IMG/VR virus record: IMGVR_UViG_3300032323_000939 | Location: 31,506 to 95,505 of that record | Direction: 5' to 3' (one strand) | DNA: 64,000 nucleotides | DNA from: a virus | Shown here: piece after piece, positions 19,181 to 29,573 of the stretch | How the letters are laid out: each line of letters starts with the position of its first letter | How positions within the stretch are numbered: position 1 is the stretch's first letter | The notes under the pieces: generated by a model | What the model saw: the letters and a program-made list of their open reading frames with translations, nothing else | The model's database searches: none | Told to the model about the DNA's origin: nothing | Made by a program: the position numbers and the translations under genes

Positions 19181-19891
19181 CTATTCAAACCAAGTAACAA
19201 GACATACGCCAGACCCACCAGCACCACCAGAGCCACCGCTAGAGTTGTCTGAACTTCCGCCGCCGCCACCACCGCCAGCATTCACAGATCCTGACGCAGC
19301 AGTACCAGGTCCTTCACCACCATCTCCACCACCAGCGCCGCCAACAGATCTTCTTCTACCAAGGTTTGTATGAGCACCAGCACCGCCGCCGCCAGAGAAA
19401 CCAAAAGTTCCAGGTTGACCAGGAATTTCAGTCCATGAAACTTCAGTATTTCCATTGCTGCCAAAACTTGTTTGTATTCCACCTCTTCCAGAACCTTCAG
19501 GATTAGAAATAGTTCCACCTGAGATTGCTCCACCTTCTGAAGTTAGCAAGTTACCAAAACTAGAAGCACCACCTGCACTTGGTGCGGCTCCAAAGTTTGC
19601 AACACCACCATTACCACCAGCACCTACTGTTACAGTTACAGATGCGCCAGATGTTACTGCAAGAACTCTACGCTTTACTGCTCCGCCAGAACCACCTGCT
19701 CCAGATGCGCCAGGATGATTTGCTTGTCTACCACCAGCGCCGCCACCTACTAATAGTACTTCAACATTGCCACCGTAATTAGATACGGTTGGCGCAGTAA
19801 AAGTTCCAGTAGAATTAAATGTCTGTTGTCTCTGCTTAGTTATTGCAGCGCCACCACCGCTAGATGGAGTTGGAAATACTGATATTCCCAT
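19181..19891 (-). CDS. glycine-rich fibre/receptor-binding protein, paralog 1
   Basis: colinear paralog of 18446..19162. Confidence 0.75.
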   Translation of the reverse strand: MGISVFPTPSSGGGAAITKQRQQTFNSTGTFTAPTVSNYGGNVEVLLVGGGAGGRQANHPGASGAGGSGGAVKRRVLAVTSGASVTVTVGAGGNGGVANFGAAPSAGGASSFGNLLTSEGGAISGGTISNPEGSGRGGIQTSFGSNGNTEVSWTEIPGQPGTFGFSGGGGAGAHTNLGRRRSVGGAGGGDGGEGPGTAASGSVNAGGGGGGGSSDNSSGGSGGAGGSGVCLVTWFE

Positions 19892-20205
19892 TAAACTATC
19901 TCCACTCCTGAAATGTGAAAATTCACTGTTGTTGCCGAGGCAGACCCTGTAATTGTTTTAGGAGTTGCATTTGCTGGGATAACTTGTTTTAAATCAAAGT
20001 AAGCAGTTGAGTTTGCAGCAAGTGATGAGCCAGACTGAATTGCAACACTGTCAATATTTATTGTAAAAGTTGCAGCAGAAGTTGCTGTATTTGTTACGGC
20101 AATATTGGTTACTACAGTTGTTGTAGAAGTGTTGGGAACTGTGTATAGAGTTGTGTTTGAGGTCGCTGCAGCAGTTCTTGCTAGGACCTTTGAGGTTACA
20201 GCCAT
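19891..20205 (-). CDS. small virion protein
   Basis: 'TTLYTVP...TVVTNIAVTN...FHISGVEI' beta-rich protein. Confidence 0.6.
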   Translation of the reverse strand: MAVTSKVLARTAAATSNTTLYTVPNTSTTTVVTNIAVTNTATSAATFTINIDSVAIQSGSSLAANSTAYFDLKQVIPANATPKTITGSASATTVNFHISGVEIV

Positions 20206-20292
20206 GAGTTACTGTCCTTTCGGGAGGTTATGAGGTATAGATTAAAGGTTAGTTTTAGGCTGTGTGTGCTAAACATATGCTAATGTTTGGGC

Positions 20293-21294
20293 ATGAATTT
20301 GGTACAAAAATCGGTATCTATGGGCGGAAAATTAGCACCCATAATTCTCCCTGGTAATGAGACCTCTGGCATGGGCTTAATGAACCCCTCCGTCTACATA
20401 GACAAAGATGGCGATATCCTTTTAAATTTGCGCCACGTTAACTACACCTTGTATCACTCAGAGAATGATCAGAAGTTCCCATGTCCATGGGGCCCACTCT
20501 CTTACCTTCACCCAGAAAAAGATCAGAGATTAGTAACGACTAATTTCTTATGTCTTTTAGATAAAGACTTAAATCTTGTTAAACACACCAAGGTAGATTA
20601 CTCAAAGTTTGATGTTAAGCCTCTCTGGGAGTTTGTTGGCGAAGAAGATTGCCGAGTAGTCCAATGGGATGATGAGTACTACCTAATTGGTGTACGAAGA
20701 GATACAACTCCTAATGGCCAGGGCCGAATGGAGTACAGCAAGGTTGAGATTGATAAAGAGGCTTGGACGGTTAAAGAGGTCTCTAGATTAAGAATCCCAC
20801 CCCCAATAGATCCTAACTCTTACTGTGAAAAGAACTGGATGCCTATTATTGACATGCCGTTTCACTTTGTTAAGTGGGCTATGCCTACAGAGGTTGTTTG
20901 GGCTAATCCAGAAAAGCAAGAGACTAAACAAGTTATTGTAAAAGATACTCCACGCCCAAAGATTGATCAACGAGGTGGCTCTCACGTTGTTAGGTGGGGT
21001 GAGTACTACATAACAGTTACTCATGAGGTAAGACTTTGGAAAAATTATTTAAACCAGAAGGACTCCGTATATCGTCATAGAGTAATCGTTTGGGATAAAG
21101 AGTTTAATTATTTGGGGTTAAGTAATGAGTTTTCCTTTTTAGATACTCCAATTGAATTCTGCGTAGGTGCGGCAATACAGGGTGAAGACTTGCTACTAAG
21201 TTTTGGCGTCCAAGACAATGCTGCATTTGTTCTTAGAACTCCTGCGGCAGTTGTTAACGGACTTATATCGGAGGCATTAAAGAATGCAAATTGA
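20293..21294 (+). CDS. GH130/GH43-like beta-propeller protein
   Basis: 'MNPSV', 'GEEDCRV', 'CEKNWMP', 'RGGS', 'YRHR', 'IEFCVGAA...SFGVQDN'; leaderless ATG 6 nt after TGC-TAATGT. Confidence 0.7.
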   Translation: MNLVQKSVSMGGKLAPIILPGNETSGMGLMNPSVYIDKDGDILLNLRHVNYTLYHSENDQKFPCPWGPLSYLHPEKDQRLVTTNFLCLLDKDLNLVKHTKVDYSKFDVKPLWEFVGEEDCRVVQWDDEYYLIGVRRDTTPNGQGRMEYSKVEIDKEAWTVKEVSRLRIPPPIDPNSYCEKNWMPIIDMPFHFVKWAMPTEVVWANPEKQETKQVIVKDTPRPKIDQRGGSHVVRWGEYYITVTHEVRLWKNYLNQKDSVYRHRVIVWDKEFNYLGLSNEFSFLDTPIEFCVGAAIQGEDLLLSFGVQDNAAFVLRTPAAVVNGLISEALKNAN

Positions 21295-21847
21295 ACAATT
21301 AACTATTGAGTTGTCTGCAGATTCGTTTAATGCCGAAAAGAATTTTGCATTAGCACTAGAGTATGAGCGTCTTGGGCAGTTAGCCTCAGCAGCAGGCTTC
21401 TACTTAAGGGCCGCAGAGTTTGGCTATAAAACAAATCCAATTATTGCTTATACCTCCCTCTTAAAGATGGCTTTGTGTTTTGATAAGCAACAGGATAGAG
21501 GTGGCACAGTAATAACTAATCTACTTGAGGCTATCGCATTCTTACCTGGTAGACCAGAGGCATACTTCCTACTATCTCGCATATATGAAAAGAACAAGAA
21601 GTGGCATGAGTGCTACACATTTGCAGAGTTAGGTCTTACTGCATCAGCGGCTTCAGTTAACTTTCCATTGCCAGCATCTGTTGATTATCATGGCTCATAC
21701 TGCTTAAAGTTTGAGAAGGCTGTGAGTGGCTGGTGGATAGGTCGCAAGGATGAGAGCAAGGCGTTGTTTATTTACCTACTTGATGAATATCGAATGGCTC
21801 CTGAGTATGTGAGTGGCTGTGTAAATAACTTAAGGCTGTTTGAATGA
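21284..21847 (+). CDS. TPR-repeat protein
   Basis: helical repeats, 'AIAFLPGRPEAYFLLSRIYE'. Confidence 0.75.
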   Translation: MQIEQLTIELSADSFNAEKNFALALEYERLGQLASAAGFYLRAAEFGYKTNPIIAYTSLLKMALCFDKQQDRGGTVITNLLEAIAFLPGRPEAYFLLSRIYEKNKKWHECYTFAELGLTASAASVNFPLPASVDYHGSYCLKFEKAVSGWWIGRKDESKALFIYLLDEYRMAPEYVSGCVNNLRLFE

Positions 21848-22380
21848 AATTTCCAAACTGGTTTAAAAGCGTAGAAGGATACTTTCGCCACGTACCCAAT
21901 GAGCCACTACGGGCTCTACAAATTGGTACATATACAGGGGATGCTACCGCTTGGCTACTAGCCAATAGAGAAGTAGAGATGCTATACGACGTGGACACTT
22001 GGCAAGGTAGCGATGAGCAAGCACACGACTCTTTAGACTTTTCCTCAATAGAAAAATACTACGACTTTAGATTTACAGATAATAAAAATATTACAAAGTG
22101 CAAGATGACTAGTGATGAATTCTTTAGTAAGACTACGCATACCTTTAACTTTATCTACATTGATGGAGACCACACAGCATTACAAACCGCTCTTGATGGA
22201 TTAAATGCATTTAAGGTTCTTGAGCCAGGTGGAGTAATGGCCTTTGATGATTACGAATGGTATTACGGTGGTAAGAAGTTCTTAGAACCTAAACGTGGTG
22301 TTGACGCATTCCTGTCAGTGTGTGAAGGTGAATACAAGATTATTGAAACTGGTTATCAGGTGTGGATTAAGAAGTGCTAG
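21844..22380 (+). CDS. class I SAM-dependent methyltransferase (Methyltransf_24-like)
   Basis: 'LQIGTYTG', 'VDTWQGS', 'FIYIDGDH', 'L.PGGVMAFDDY'. Confidence 0.85.
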   Translation: MKFPNWFKSVEGYFRHVPNEPLRALQIGTYTGDATAWLLANREVEMLYDVDTWQGSDEQAHDSLDFSSIEKYYDFRFTDNKNITKCKMTSDEFFSKTTHTFNFIYIDGDHTALQTALDGLNAFKVLEPGGVMAFDDYEWYYGGKKFLEPKRGVDAFLSVCEGEYKIIETGYQVWIKKC

Positions 22381-23105
22381 ATAAGTGTACCTTTGAAGTA
22401 TTTCATACCGATACGGGTAACTCACTTCGTAATCAATCTTACAATAATATCCTAGAGACAATGGCTGAGGTACCTAGACTTGGATCTCCTACCTATTACT
22501 TAAACACAAAAGAAAAAGCAGAACAATACCTATCTCAAGAAGATGCAGTAAAAATAAACGTAGTTGAAGATTATGCCCAACCAGGGGAGACCTTCCCTCC
22601 TAGTTCTGGAGTAGTTGGAGTATGGGCTAGTAACTATGAGGCGTATAAAGCCTTCTTAGAGACTGATAAAGAGTACCTAATTATTTTTGAAGACGATGTA
22701 GTACTTAGCAAGAATTTCTTGACGGTATTAGAAACTTATGTAAAGGAATTGCCATATGACTGGGATTTCTTTTCTTTCTTTGTTCCTGATGATTCTTTAT
22801 TTGCATACACTCAAGAACATAATATTGGGCAATTATTTGTGTGTAGGTCATATCAGCAGTGGTCATGCGCTGGCTATATAGTCAGTAGGCAGGGTGCTGA
22901 GAATGTCTTACGTAAGGTAAGGAACCAAGGAGCCAGTGCCCCAATAGATTGGTTTATATTTAATTTTAGAATGAAGAAAGAGGATAACCAGCCAGTATTT
23001 GAGACCTACACTTTAAAGCCGCATGTGTATAAGCCAATTAAGTTTTTATTAGGCGCAGCACAGTACAGTCAAATACATAATGGCAGTACAGAAGTTATTG
23101 TTTAG
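22374..23105 (+). CDS. glycosyltransferase family 25-like
   Basis: 'GVWASNY..YK.F', 'IIFEDD', '[10 protein letters not shown]', 'PIDW'. Confidence 0.8.
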   Translation: MLDKCTFEVFHTDTGNSLRNQSYNNILETMAEVPRLGSPTYYLNTKEKAEQYLSQEDAVKINVVEDYAQPGETFPPSSGVVGVWASNYEAYKAFLETDKEYLIIFEDDVVLSKNFLTVLETYVKELPYDWDFFSFFVPDDSLFAYTQEHNIGQLFVCRSYQQWSCAGYIVSRQGAENVLRKVRNQGASAPIDWFIFNFRMKKEDNQPVFETYTLKPHVYKPIKFLLGAAQYSQIHNGSTEVIV

Positions 23106-24388
23106 TAAATACCCATAACTATTTCTTCTGCAGTTACTGTACCTGTTGGAGCAGTTCCTGCTGTTCCTTGAGCACCCAAAGTTCCTTGTGTACCTTGCGA
23201 ACCAATAGTTCCTTGAGTTCCAACACCAAGTGTTCCTTGCGTACCCTGTGCACCTGTAGCGCCTTGAGAACCTAATGCACCCTGAGAACCAACAGTTCCT
23301 TGAGCACCTGTGTTACCTAATGTTCCCTGTACTCCTTGGGTTCCTTGAGTACCCTGAACTCCTTGAGCGCCTAGTGTTCCTTGAACTCCTTGAGATCCAA
23401 CAGTTCCTTGTGAACCTTGTGCACCAGTTAATCCTTGAAGGCCTGTTGTAAAGAGAATTAATTCAATAGCATTATTGTTAGCAAATGAGTTATTTCCAGC
23501 GCCACCATCACCTGTTCTTGTTACTGGAATCTTTACATAACTATTTGTTACAACAGTTACAGCGCCAGTTACTTCATAAGTAATGTAGATATTTGAATCG
23601 GCTTTTTCTTGGATAATGATGTTGTCGTACTGCTTAACAAGTCCTAGATAGACGTCAATATCAACAGCACTGTCATTGATGTGGTCTACGTAGAGGAAGG
23701 TTGCAGATGTCTGCGTTGTGTTATTCCAACGAAGTTTTCCTGCACCTGGACGAGCATCTGCTGTTGTTGTATCAGCCTTGTAGTTAAAGTTAGAGGTAGA
23801 ACCACCATTTAAACCAGCAGTACCTTGAACACCCTGTGCACCGTCTACGCCCTGTGTACCTTGAACGCCTTGAACTCCTTGTGTTCCTTGTATACCTTGA
23901 ACGCCTTGAGTACCATCAGTTCCTTGTGTGCCCTGAGTTCCCTGAGTTCCCTGAGTACCCTGAGTACCTTGAGTTCCTTGAATAGAAAGACTCTGTACAC
24001 CTTGGGTTCCTTGGATGCCTTGAGTTCCTTGTGTACCTTGGGTGCCCTGTACTCCTTGTGCACCGTCTACACCTTGAGTGCCCTGTGTACCTTGGGTTCC
24101 TTGAGAACCAGTTTCTCCCTGTACACCTTGTAAACCCTGTACTCCTTGAACGCCCTGTAATCCTTGAACACCCTGCAAACCTTGAACGCCTTGAACTCCT
24201 TGAACTCCTTGAACTCCCTGAATACCCTGTAATCCACCATAGGCTAAACCAGCCCAGTCAGATGTTCCGTTACCAACTTTAAATTTACCAGTGTCTGTCT
24301 CTGTTCCTACTTCACCAGCAGCAAGCGTTGGATTATTAGCAGTCCATTGAGCCGCAGTACCACGACGTAGTTTGATTGTTACTGACAT
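23102..24388 (-). CDS. collagen-like tail fibre with MTD/hyaluronidase-type N-terminal attachment domain
   Basis: '[37 protein letters not shown]' plus (GxQ)n repeats. Confidence 0.85.
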   Translation of the reverse strand: MSVTIKLRRGTAAQWTANNPTLAAGEVGTETDTGKFKVGNGTSDWAGLAYGGLQGIQGVQGVQGVQGVQGLQGVQGLQGVQGVQGLQGVQGETGSQGTQGTQGTQGVDGAQGVQGTQGTQGTQGIQGTQGVQSLSIQGTQGTQGTQGTQGTQGTQGTDGTQGVQGIQGTQGVQGVQGTQGVDGAQGVQGTAGLNGGSTSNFNYKADTTTADARPGAGKLRWNNTTQTSATFLYVDHINDSAVDIDVYLGLVKQYDNIIIQEKADSNIYITYEVTGAVTVVTNSYVKIPVTRTGDGGAGNNSFANNNAIELILFTTGLQGLTGAQGSQGTVGSQGVQGTLGAQGVQGTQGTQGVQGTLGNTGAQGTVGSQGALGSQGATGAQGTQGTLGVGTQGTIGSQGTQGTLGAQGTAGTAPTGTVTAEEIVMGIY

Positions 24389-24669
24389 TAAATTACTCCT
24401 CCACCATCATAGGAACTTGTATACGTATCACTGCCGCCTGCTTCGTCTCCTCCATCGGCTACACCTGTTACAGTGTCAGAACCACCAACTTCATCTCCAC
24501 CCTCAACTATATCTGCAGAAACGTTTGTTGTAATTTCAAGCCACTGCACTCCGTCAAATACATACACATTACGTGCATCTGTATTGTAGTAGATGTCACC
24601 TACATACCTGCCAGTAGGCTCTGTGCCTACGGCAAGTACGTTGATAGGTACGAGGGCTCTTTTACTCAT
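24388..24669 (-). CDS. small fibre-associated protein
   Basis: 'GDIYYNT...YVFDG.QW' fibre repeat; C-terminal DGG repeats. Confidence 0.65.
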   Translation of the reverse strand: MSKRALVPINVLAVGTEPTGRYVGDIYYNTDARNVYVFDGVQWLEITTNVSADIVEGGDEVGGSDTVTGVADGGDEAGGSDTYTSSYDGGGVI

Positions 24670-24674
24670 AGTAG

Positions 24675-27593
24675 TTAGGCTTTAACTACTACTCTATAGG
24701 TCTCACCTGATGCAGGAGCAACTGCGAATCCAATTGCAACTCGGTTAACAGTTGATTTTGTAACATCGGTTACTACCTCTTGAGCAGTTGCGATATCCCA
24801 GACAGTTACAAGAATATCTGTGGTGTTTAAGTTGTGATCGATATTAAAGGATGTTGCAGAGTATGGACTTACTGGAGTAATGGTCTCTGCGTAAGATCCA
24901 AGTTGACCAGAGATACCTTGAGCACCCTCTGTTCCTTGGGCGCCAGTAGTTCCTTGAGTACCTTCCGTACCTTGGGCTCCAGTTGTACCTTGTACACCAG
25001 TAGCACCATCTAGGTTGATAGACCAAACAGCGTATGTTCCAGAACCTCTAACGTCATTGACGTTTACAACGAGTGTGTTAGTTCCTGATGTGTAACTGAC
25101 TACAGTTGCAGACATGTTGTTGTTTACATCGTAAGCAACTACTACATCTTGACCTACTGAGTATGAAAGATTTGGATCAGCCAGTACAAAACTTACGTTG
25201 TTTGCTACTGCAATTGAACGTGATGTTGTAGAGGTTGTCTTGTAGCGATCAGATAGTCCTTCTGTACCTTGAGCACCCTCTGTACCTTGGACGCCTTGAG
25301 TACCGTTTGTACCCTGAGTTCCTTGTGATCCTTCAGTTCCTTGTGATCCTTCAGTTCCTTGTGATCCTTCAGTTCCTTGGGCACCGACAGTACCTTGAGT
25401 ACCTTCAGTTCCTTGAGAACCTAAAGTACCTTGTACGCCTTGTGCAGCAAGTAATGTCCAGAATGTTCCTTCTGAAGGAGTATCTCCAACATTTCCACCA
25501 TTAGCATTTTTGCGGTACCAAGTCTGTCCTTGGTAAGTTGCTACATCGCCAACTGCATATGGTAGTCCTGGGTTATAAGCGCCAGTAAAGTTCCAAAGTG
25601 CCGCTGTACCTTGAGTACCTTGCGTTCCTTCAGTACCCTGAGATCCAACTGTTCCCTGGGCTCCTTCAGTACCTTGCGCTCCTTCAGAACCTTGTACGCC
25701 CTGCGTACCTTGGGTTCCTTGAACTCCCTGTGTACCTTCAACACCCTGTACTCCTTGAGTACCCTGTGTGCCTTGGGCTCCAAGTGTTCCCTGTGTACCT
25801 TGAGAACCAACGGTACCTTGTACACCCTGTGCACCAGTTGTACCTTGAGCACCAGTATCACCCTTGTCACCGACTCGTGCAAAAGTTAAGTAGGTGTTGT
25901 CATTGTTATCAAGTGCTAGTGGTCCCGATACGTATGCAACTGGAACTGTAAAGTAAGCACCAGCATTTTCATTATGAGTTCCAATAATCTGGAAGAATGC
26001 ATAGTTAAGAGGATCAGTAATATCTGTTACTTTAATTGTTCCCTTGATGCCTGATGTTGAGTCATCAATAGTTTGAAGGAATGATGTAATGTTAACTGCA
26101 TTTGCATCGATATTATCAATGTAAAGTTCAGTTACAGATGAAAATGTTGTAGAGTCAAACTTGTAGTTACCTGCAGTTGGATCTGTATCTGCGGTATTAG
26201 TTAGGTAATTGTACTCAAATGTTTCTCCACCAAATGTACCTGTAGCACCTTGTGTACCTTCAGTACCCTGGGTACCTTCTGCACCCTGAGTTCCTTGAGT
26301 ACCTTGGGCTCCTTCAGATCCTTGTAGACCTTGAGTACCTTGGGTTCCTTGAGTACCTTGAGCACCGAGAGTTCCTTGTACGCCCTGTGTTCCCTGTGTA
26401 CCTTGGACTCCTTGAGTTCCTTCGGTTCCTTGTGTTCCTTGAGCGCCTTCGGTTCCCTGGGCACCTTCAGTTCCTTGTGTACCATCAGTACCTTGCGTAC
26501 CTTCTGTACCTTGAGATCCTACTGTGCCTTGAGTACCTTGTGCTCCTTCTACGCCTTGTACACCCTGTGTTCCCTGAGTTCCCTGTGCGCCAAGAGTTCC
26601 TTGTGTTCCCTGTGAACCAACGGTTCCCTGTACGCCCTGGGCTCCTTCAGTACCTTGTGTACCTTGAGCACCAACATCACCTGTACGTGCAAATGTAAAG
26701 AGTAAATCATCTCCATCAGTAAATGTTCCATTACCAGAAACATAAGCAACTTCTACATCAAACCAATTTGGTGCTGTGTCTGTAACACCAGCAATTGTGT
26801 AAAGTGCAAAAGTAGCGGTATCAAATTTCTTAGATACCTTTACGTGACCCTTGATAGTAGAAGTTGAATCATCAATTGTCTGTAAGAAGTTAGAGACGTC
26901 ATAGTTACCATCAGCAGGATTATCATCTAATGCAATGCGTGTAACTAGAGTTAAATTGGCATTATTTAGACGAGCATTGTTGTCGCCTGGATCTGCCATT
27001 GTAGTAGTGTCATCATAAATATACGCAACTGTGATACCACCAAAGTTACCTTCAGCACCCTGAACACCTTGCGATCCTTCAAGACCTTGAGCACCAATTG
27101 TGCCTTGTGTGCCTTGCGCTCCTTCTGCTCCTTGAGTTCCTTGAGTTCCTTCGGAACCTTGTACGCCTTGCGCTCCTTCAGAACCCTGTACTCCTTGAGT
27201 ACCTTCGGTTCCCTGCGTTCCTTCGGTTCCCTGTGTACCGTTAGATCCATCAAGACCCTGAGCACCATCAAGTCCTTGTGCTCCAGCAGTTCCCTGAGTT
27301 CCTTGAGAACCAAGTGTGCCTTGAGTGCCTTGTGAACCTACAGTTCCTTGTACTCCTTGTACTCCTTGTGCACCAGTAGTACCTTGGGTACCCTGTGCTC
27401 CAGTAGTTCCTTGTGCACCAGTGCTGCTATTAATCCATGCAGAGCCGTTCCAAGTGCGTAGAAAACCTAGTACTGTGTCAAAATAGATTTGGCCAACAAC
27501 AGGAGATCCTGGGGCCTCGGCTAAATTTTGTATTCTTGCATTTAGTAATTCTAATTTAGTTAAATCAATCGGGGTTAAAAACTTACGTGCCAT
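24675..27593 (-). CDS. large collagen-like fibre protein with two repeated globular domains and a CBM5/12-like module
   Basis: 972 aa; (GTQ/GAQ)n; duplicated '[12 protein letters not shown]...TFAR.GD.G' domain; '[20 protein letters not shown]'. Confidence 0.85.
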   Translation of the reverse strand: MARKFLTPIDLTKLELLNARIQNLAEAPGSPVVGQIYFDTVLGFLRTWNGSAWINSSTGAQGTTGAQGTQGTTGAQGVQGVQGTVGSQGTQGTLGSQGTQGTAGAQGLDGAQGLDGSNGTQGTEGTQGTEGTQGVQGSEGAQGVQGSEGTQGTQGAEGAQGTQGTIGAQGLEGSQGVQGAEGNFGGITVAYIYDDTTTMADPGDNNARLNNANLTLVTRIALDDNPADGNYDVSNFLQTIDDSTSTIKGHVKVSKKFDTATFALYTIAGVTDTAPNWFDVEVAYVSGNGTFTDGDDLLFTFARTGDVGAQGTQGTEGAQGVQGTVGSQGTQGTLGAQGTQGTQGVQGVEGAQGTQGTVGSQGTEGTQGTDGTQGTEGAQGTEGAQGTQGTEGTQGVQGTQGTQGVQGTLGAQGTQGTQGTQGLQGSEGAQGTQGTQGAEGTQGTEGTQGATGTFGGETFEYNYLTNTADTDPTAGNYKFDSTTFSSVTELYIDNIDANAVNITSFLQTIDDSTSGIKGTIKVTDITDPLNYAFFQIIGTHNENAGAYFTVPVAYVSGPLALDNNDNTYLTFARVGDKGDTGAQGTTGAQGVQGTVGSQGTQGTLGAQGTQGTQGVQGVEGTQGVQGTQGTQGVQGSEGAQGTEGAQGTVGSQGTEGTQGTQGTAALWNFTGAYNPGLPYAVGDVATYQGQTWYRKNANGGNVGDTPSEGTFWTLLAAQGVQGTLGSQGTEGTQGTVGAQGTEGSQGTEGSQGTEGSQGTQGTNGTQGVQGTEGAQGTEGLSDRYKTTSTTSRSIAVANNVSFVLADPNLSYSVGQDVVVAYDVNNNMSATVVSYTSGTNTLVVNVNDVRGSGTYAVWSINLDGATGVQGTTGAQGTEGTQGTTGAQGTEGAQGISGQLGSYAETITPVSPYSATSFNIDHNLNTTDILVTVWDIATAQEVVTDVTKSTVNRVAIGFAVAPASGETYRVVVKA

Positions 27594-27606
27594 TTACGTT
27601 ATCTCC

Positions 27607-27924
27607 TTAAGATAAGTATGCTTTGCCTGAAAAGGCTTGAGAGAACGAGACCGTAAGTGAGTTCAAATTAGTGTACGTTATTTCACCCTCGTAGATTGTA
27701 CCAGCAGAGTCTACAACTGTGACGTTAGGCTTAAAGCCTAAATTATGAGTTATTACCCAGGAGTTACTGACTGCTCCTTGGGTGTGCTCGTAGGCTAGAA
27801 CCTGTGGCACAAATGTGGTTCCATCTGTTGTTCCAAAATTTTGCGTACCTGATGGGGTAGTAATAAGAATTACATCATTTACTACAACTGGAACAGTTGT
27901 CCCTGGTCTTACATACTGGCTCAT
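27607..27924 (-). CDS. small virion protein
   Basis: 'WVITHNLGFKPNVTVVD...FSGKAYLS'. Confidence 0.65.
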   Translation of the reverse strand: MSQYVRPGTTVPVVVNDVILITTPSGTQNFGTTDGTTFVPQVLAYEHTQGAVSNSWVITHNLGFKPNVTVVDSAGTIYEGEITYTNLNSLTVSFSQAFSGKAYLS

Positions 27925-28982
27925 TGGGTTACCTCGCTTGTCGTAAAAATACCTCCAGAAACGTATGTCTTTGTAACTCCATCTGGGCTCGTCATTTGTA
28001 CATCGTAGTAGGACGTTCCAGGAAGTAAACGTGTCTGTTCTTCAGTTAAAGATAATTTTAAGGTACGAAGCCCATCTCCGTCTGCAGAACCTACATTTGG
28101 TTTTGTAATTGTAAACTCGGTCAGTAGTTGTGCTGCTCCTGGAAGTACACGTATCTGGGCTACTGCCTCGTAATTCGTAATTTCAATATCAAGAAGAATA
28201 CTCCACTCAAAGTCATCTCCCTCGTATACATAGAGGTCTTGAACGATGGTAGTTACTGGTGGATCAGTATCCCCATAAGTTGGGATAGGAATGCGGATTC
28301 TATTAGCAACAGTCCTATCATCAATCTCTTTAGGTCTAAAGATTGGTACATAACGATTTGTTGTCTTTGAAATTCTGCGGAAACTAAATACATCAATTTT
28401 GTATAGACCAATACCAAGTTGAGAACACAACTCTTTGTATTGTTGTTTTCTACTTTCAATCATTTGCATTAGTTGTTGGTAACGCTCAGAGCGTGGGATA
28501 GTCACACCATCTGGAGCAAAGACGTTAATATCAAAAGCAGCATCATTCGCTAGAGTGTATAAAGCCAATGTTGATGCGTACAAAATAACTGGGTACTCTT
28601 CAAGCGTTGGAAGGTTTTGAATAGAGACGTCTCTACCATAGGCATCTGTGTGATATGCGGAATGTTGTAAAAAGGCCGTGCTTATATACTGTTGTGTCTC
28701 AGTAGTTGTAAAGTATCTAAAGTAGTTACCAGCAACAATTATTGAGTCACCTTCGTCTGGAACCGTATCAAATACAAGATATCCAGTTTGTTCCTCTACC
28801 TCTACATCTGAAGAGACATCATTATTATTTTGATTAATTACTAAGTTTGCACCATCTAGGGGGGAGTATGGAACTAAGAATCTATTTGTAGTTCCATCTG
28901 CTGTAAATTGATACACAAAGGATTTTGGAATATCACCAAGTTCAGACCGTAATCGATCTGCTAGAGTTGCAATTGTAGCCAC
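27921..28982 (-). CDS. head-tail adaptor with C-terminal BppU-like domain
   Basis: 'DRLRSELGD', 'APDGVTIPRSERYQQL', 'LSLT.EQT..L...YYDVQM'. Confidence 0.6.
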   Translation of the reverse strand: MATIATLADRLRSELGDIPKSFVYQFTADGTTNRFLVPYSPLDGANLVINQNNNDVSSDVEVEEQTGYLVFDTVPDEGDSIIVAGNYFRYFTTTETQQYISTAFLQHSAYHTDAYGRDVSIQNLPTLEEYPVILYASTLALYTLANDAAFDINVFAPDGVTIPRSERYQQLMQMIESRKQQYKELCSQLGIGLYKIDVFSFRRISKTTNRYVPIFRPKEIDDRTVANRIRIPIPTYGDTDPPVTTIVQDLYVYEGDDFEWSILLDIEITNYEAVAQIRVLPGAAQLLTEFTITKPNVGSADGDGLRTLKLSLTEEQTRLLPGTSYYDVQMTSPDGVTKTYVSGGIFTTSEVTQ

Positions 28983-29040
28983 AAAACCTCCGTAAAAGTA
29001 CGGTGATAATCATCTCGTGTTATCACAATTTAATCAGCGC

Positions 29041-29100
29041 AAAATAAAAAGGTCCAACCCCCAACTGGGAGGAGGGCGGGAACCAGTTGAGGATCGGACT
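29041..29100 (-). terminator. long-stem terminator after the capsid genes
   Basis: GTCCGATCCTCAACTGG...CCAGTTGGGGGTTGGAC followed by TTTTTATTTT on the minus strand. Confidence 0.7.
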
Positions 29101-29115
29101 ATTTGCGACGGCTGT

Positions 29116-29487
29116 TTAGTTTGGCCGCCAAATGTATCCAAGTTGCTCTAGATAACTGGCAAGACCTGATGGAACACGGTACTTAACACCTTGTTTAAAT
29201 GTGTAAGTATTTCCGACCCCGTAAGTCATCTCTTCGATATCGGTAATTGTTCTAATGATTACGTAGTCATTAGCAGTAGAAACTCCGATGTTTTCAATTT
29301 CATCTAGGACTAGAGGAGCATCTGGCTTCTTAGGATCAAAAACATCCTTTTCCAAACTCTCTGCCTCAACCTGATTAGCAATAGAAATTTCTTCTTTACG
29401 CTTTTTTAATGCTTCTGCATTCTTCTTTGATGCTTGTTCCGCTGCACGCCCTGTTGCGTCTAACGGACTTGTCTGTGAATTTGCCAC
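29116..29487 (-). CDS. hypothetical head-region protein
   Basis: 123 aa directly after the major capsid gene; AGGAG RBS. Confidence 0.7.
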   Translation of the reverse strand: MANSQTSPLDATGRAAEQASKKNAEALKKRKEEISIANQVEAESLEKDVFDPKKPDAPLVLDEIENIGVSTANDYVIIRTITDIEEMTYGVGNTYTFKQGVKYRVPSGLASYLEQLGYIWRPN

Positions 29488-29573
29488 GGTGTTTATTCTC
29501 CTAAGTTAGTTTGTTGTTGATGGCTGTGGGCCAAAGAAGGAGTATGACCCACAGACATCGGGTAATGATTGTC

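Noticed and set aside
18446-24388. Diversity-generating retroelement (MTD-like N-terminus, duplicated genes)
   Set aside because: No reverse transcriptase in the window, and paralog differences are not confined to adenines.
14971-27335. Many 60-150 aa alternative-frame and antisense ORFs over the collagen and Gly-rich genes
   Set aside because: Shadows of 9-nt periodic repeats that lack stop codons; no RBS and no independent coding signal.
23102-27593. Tandem 9/18-nt DNA repeats as a possible CRISPR or VNTR element
   Set aside because: They encode Gly-X-Gln collagen triplets; there are no unique spacers and no cas genes.
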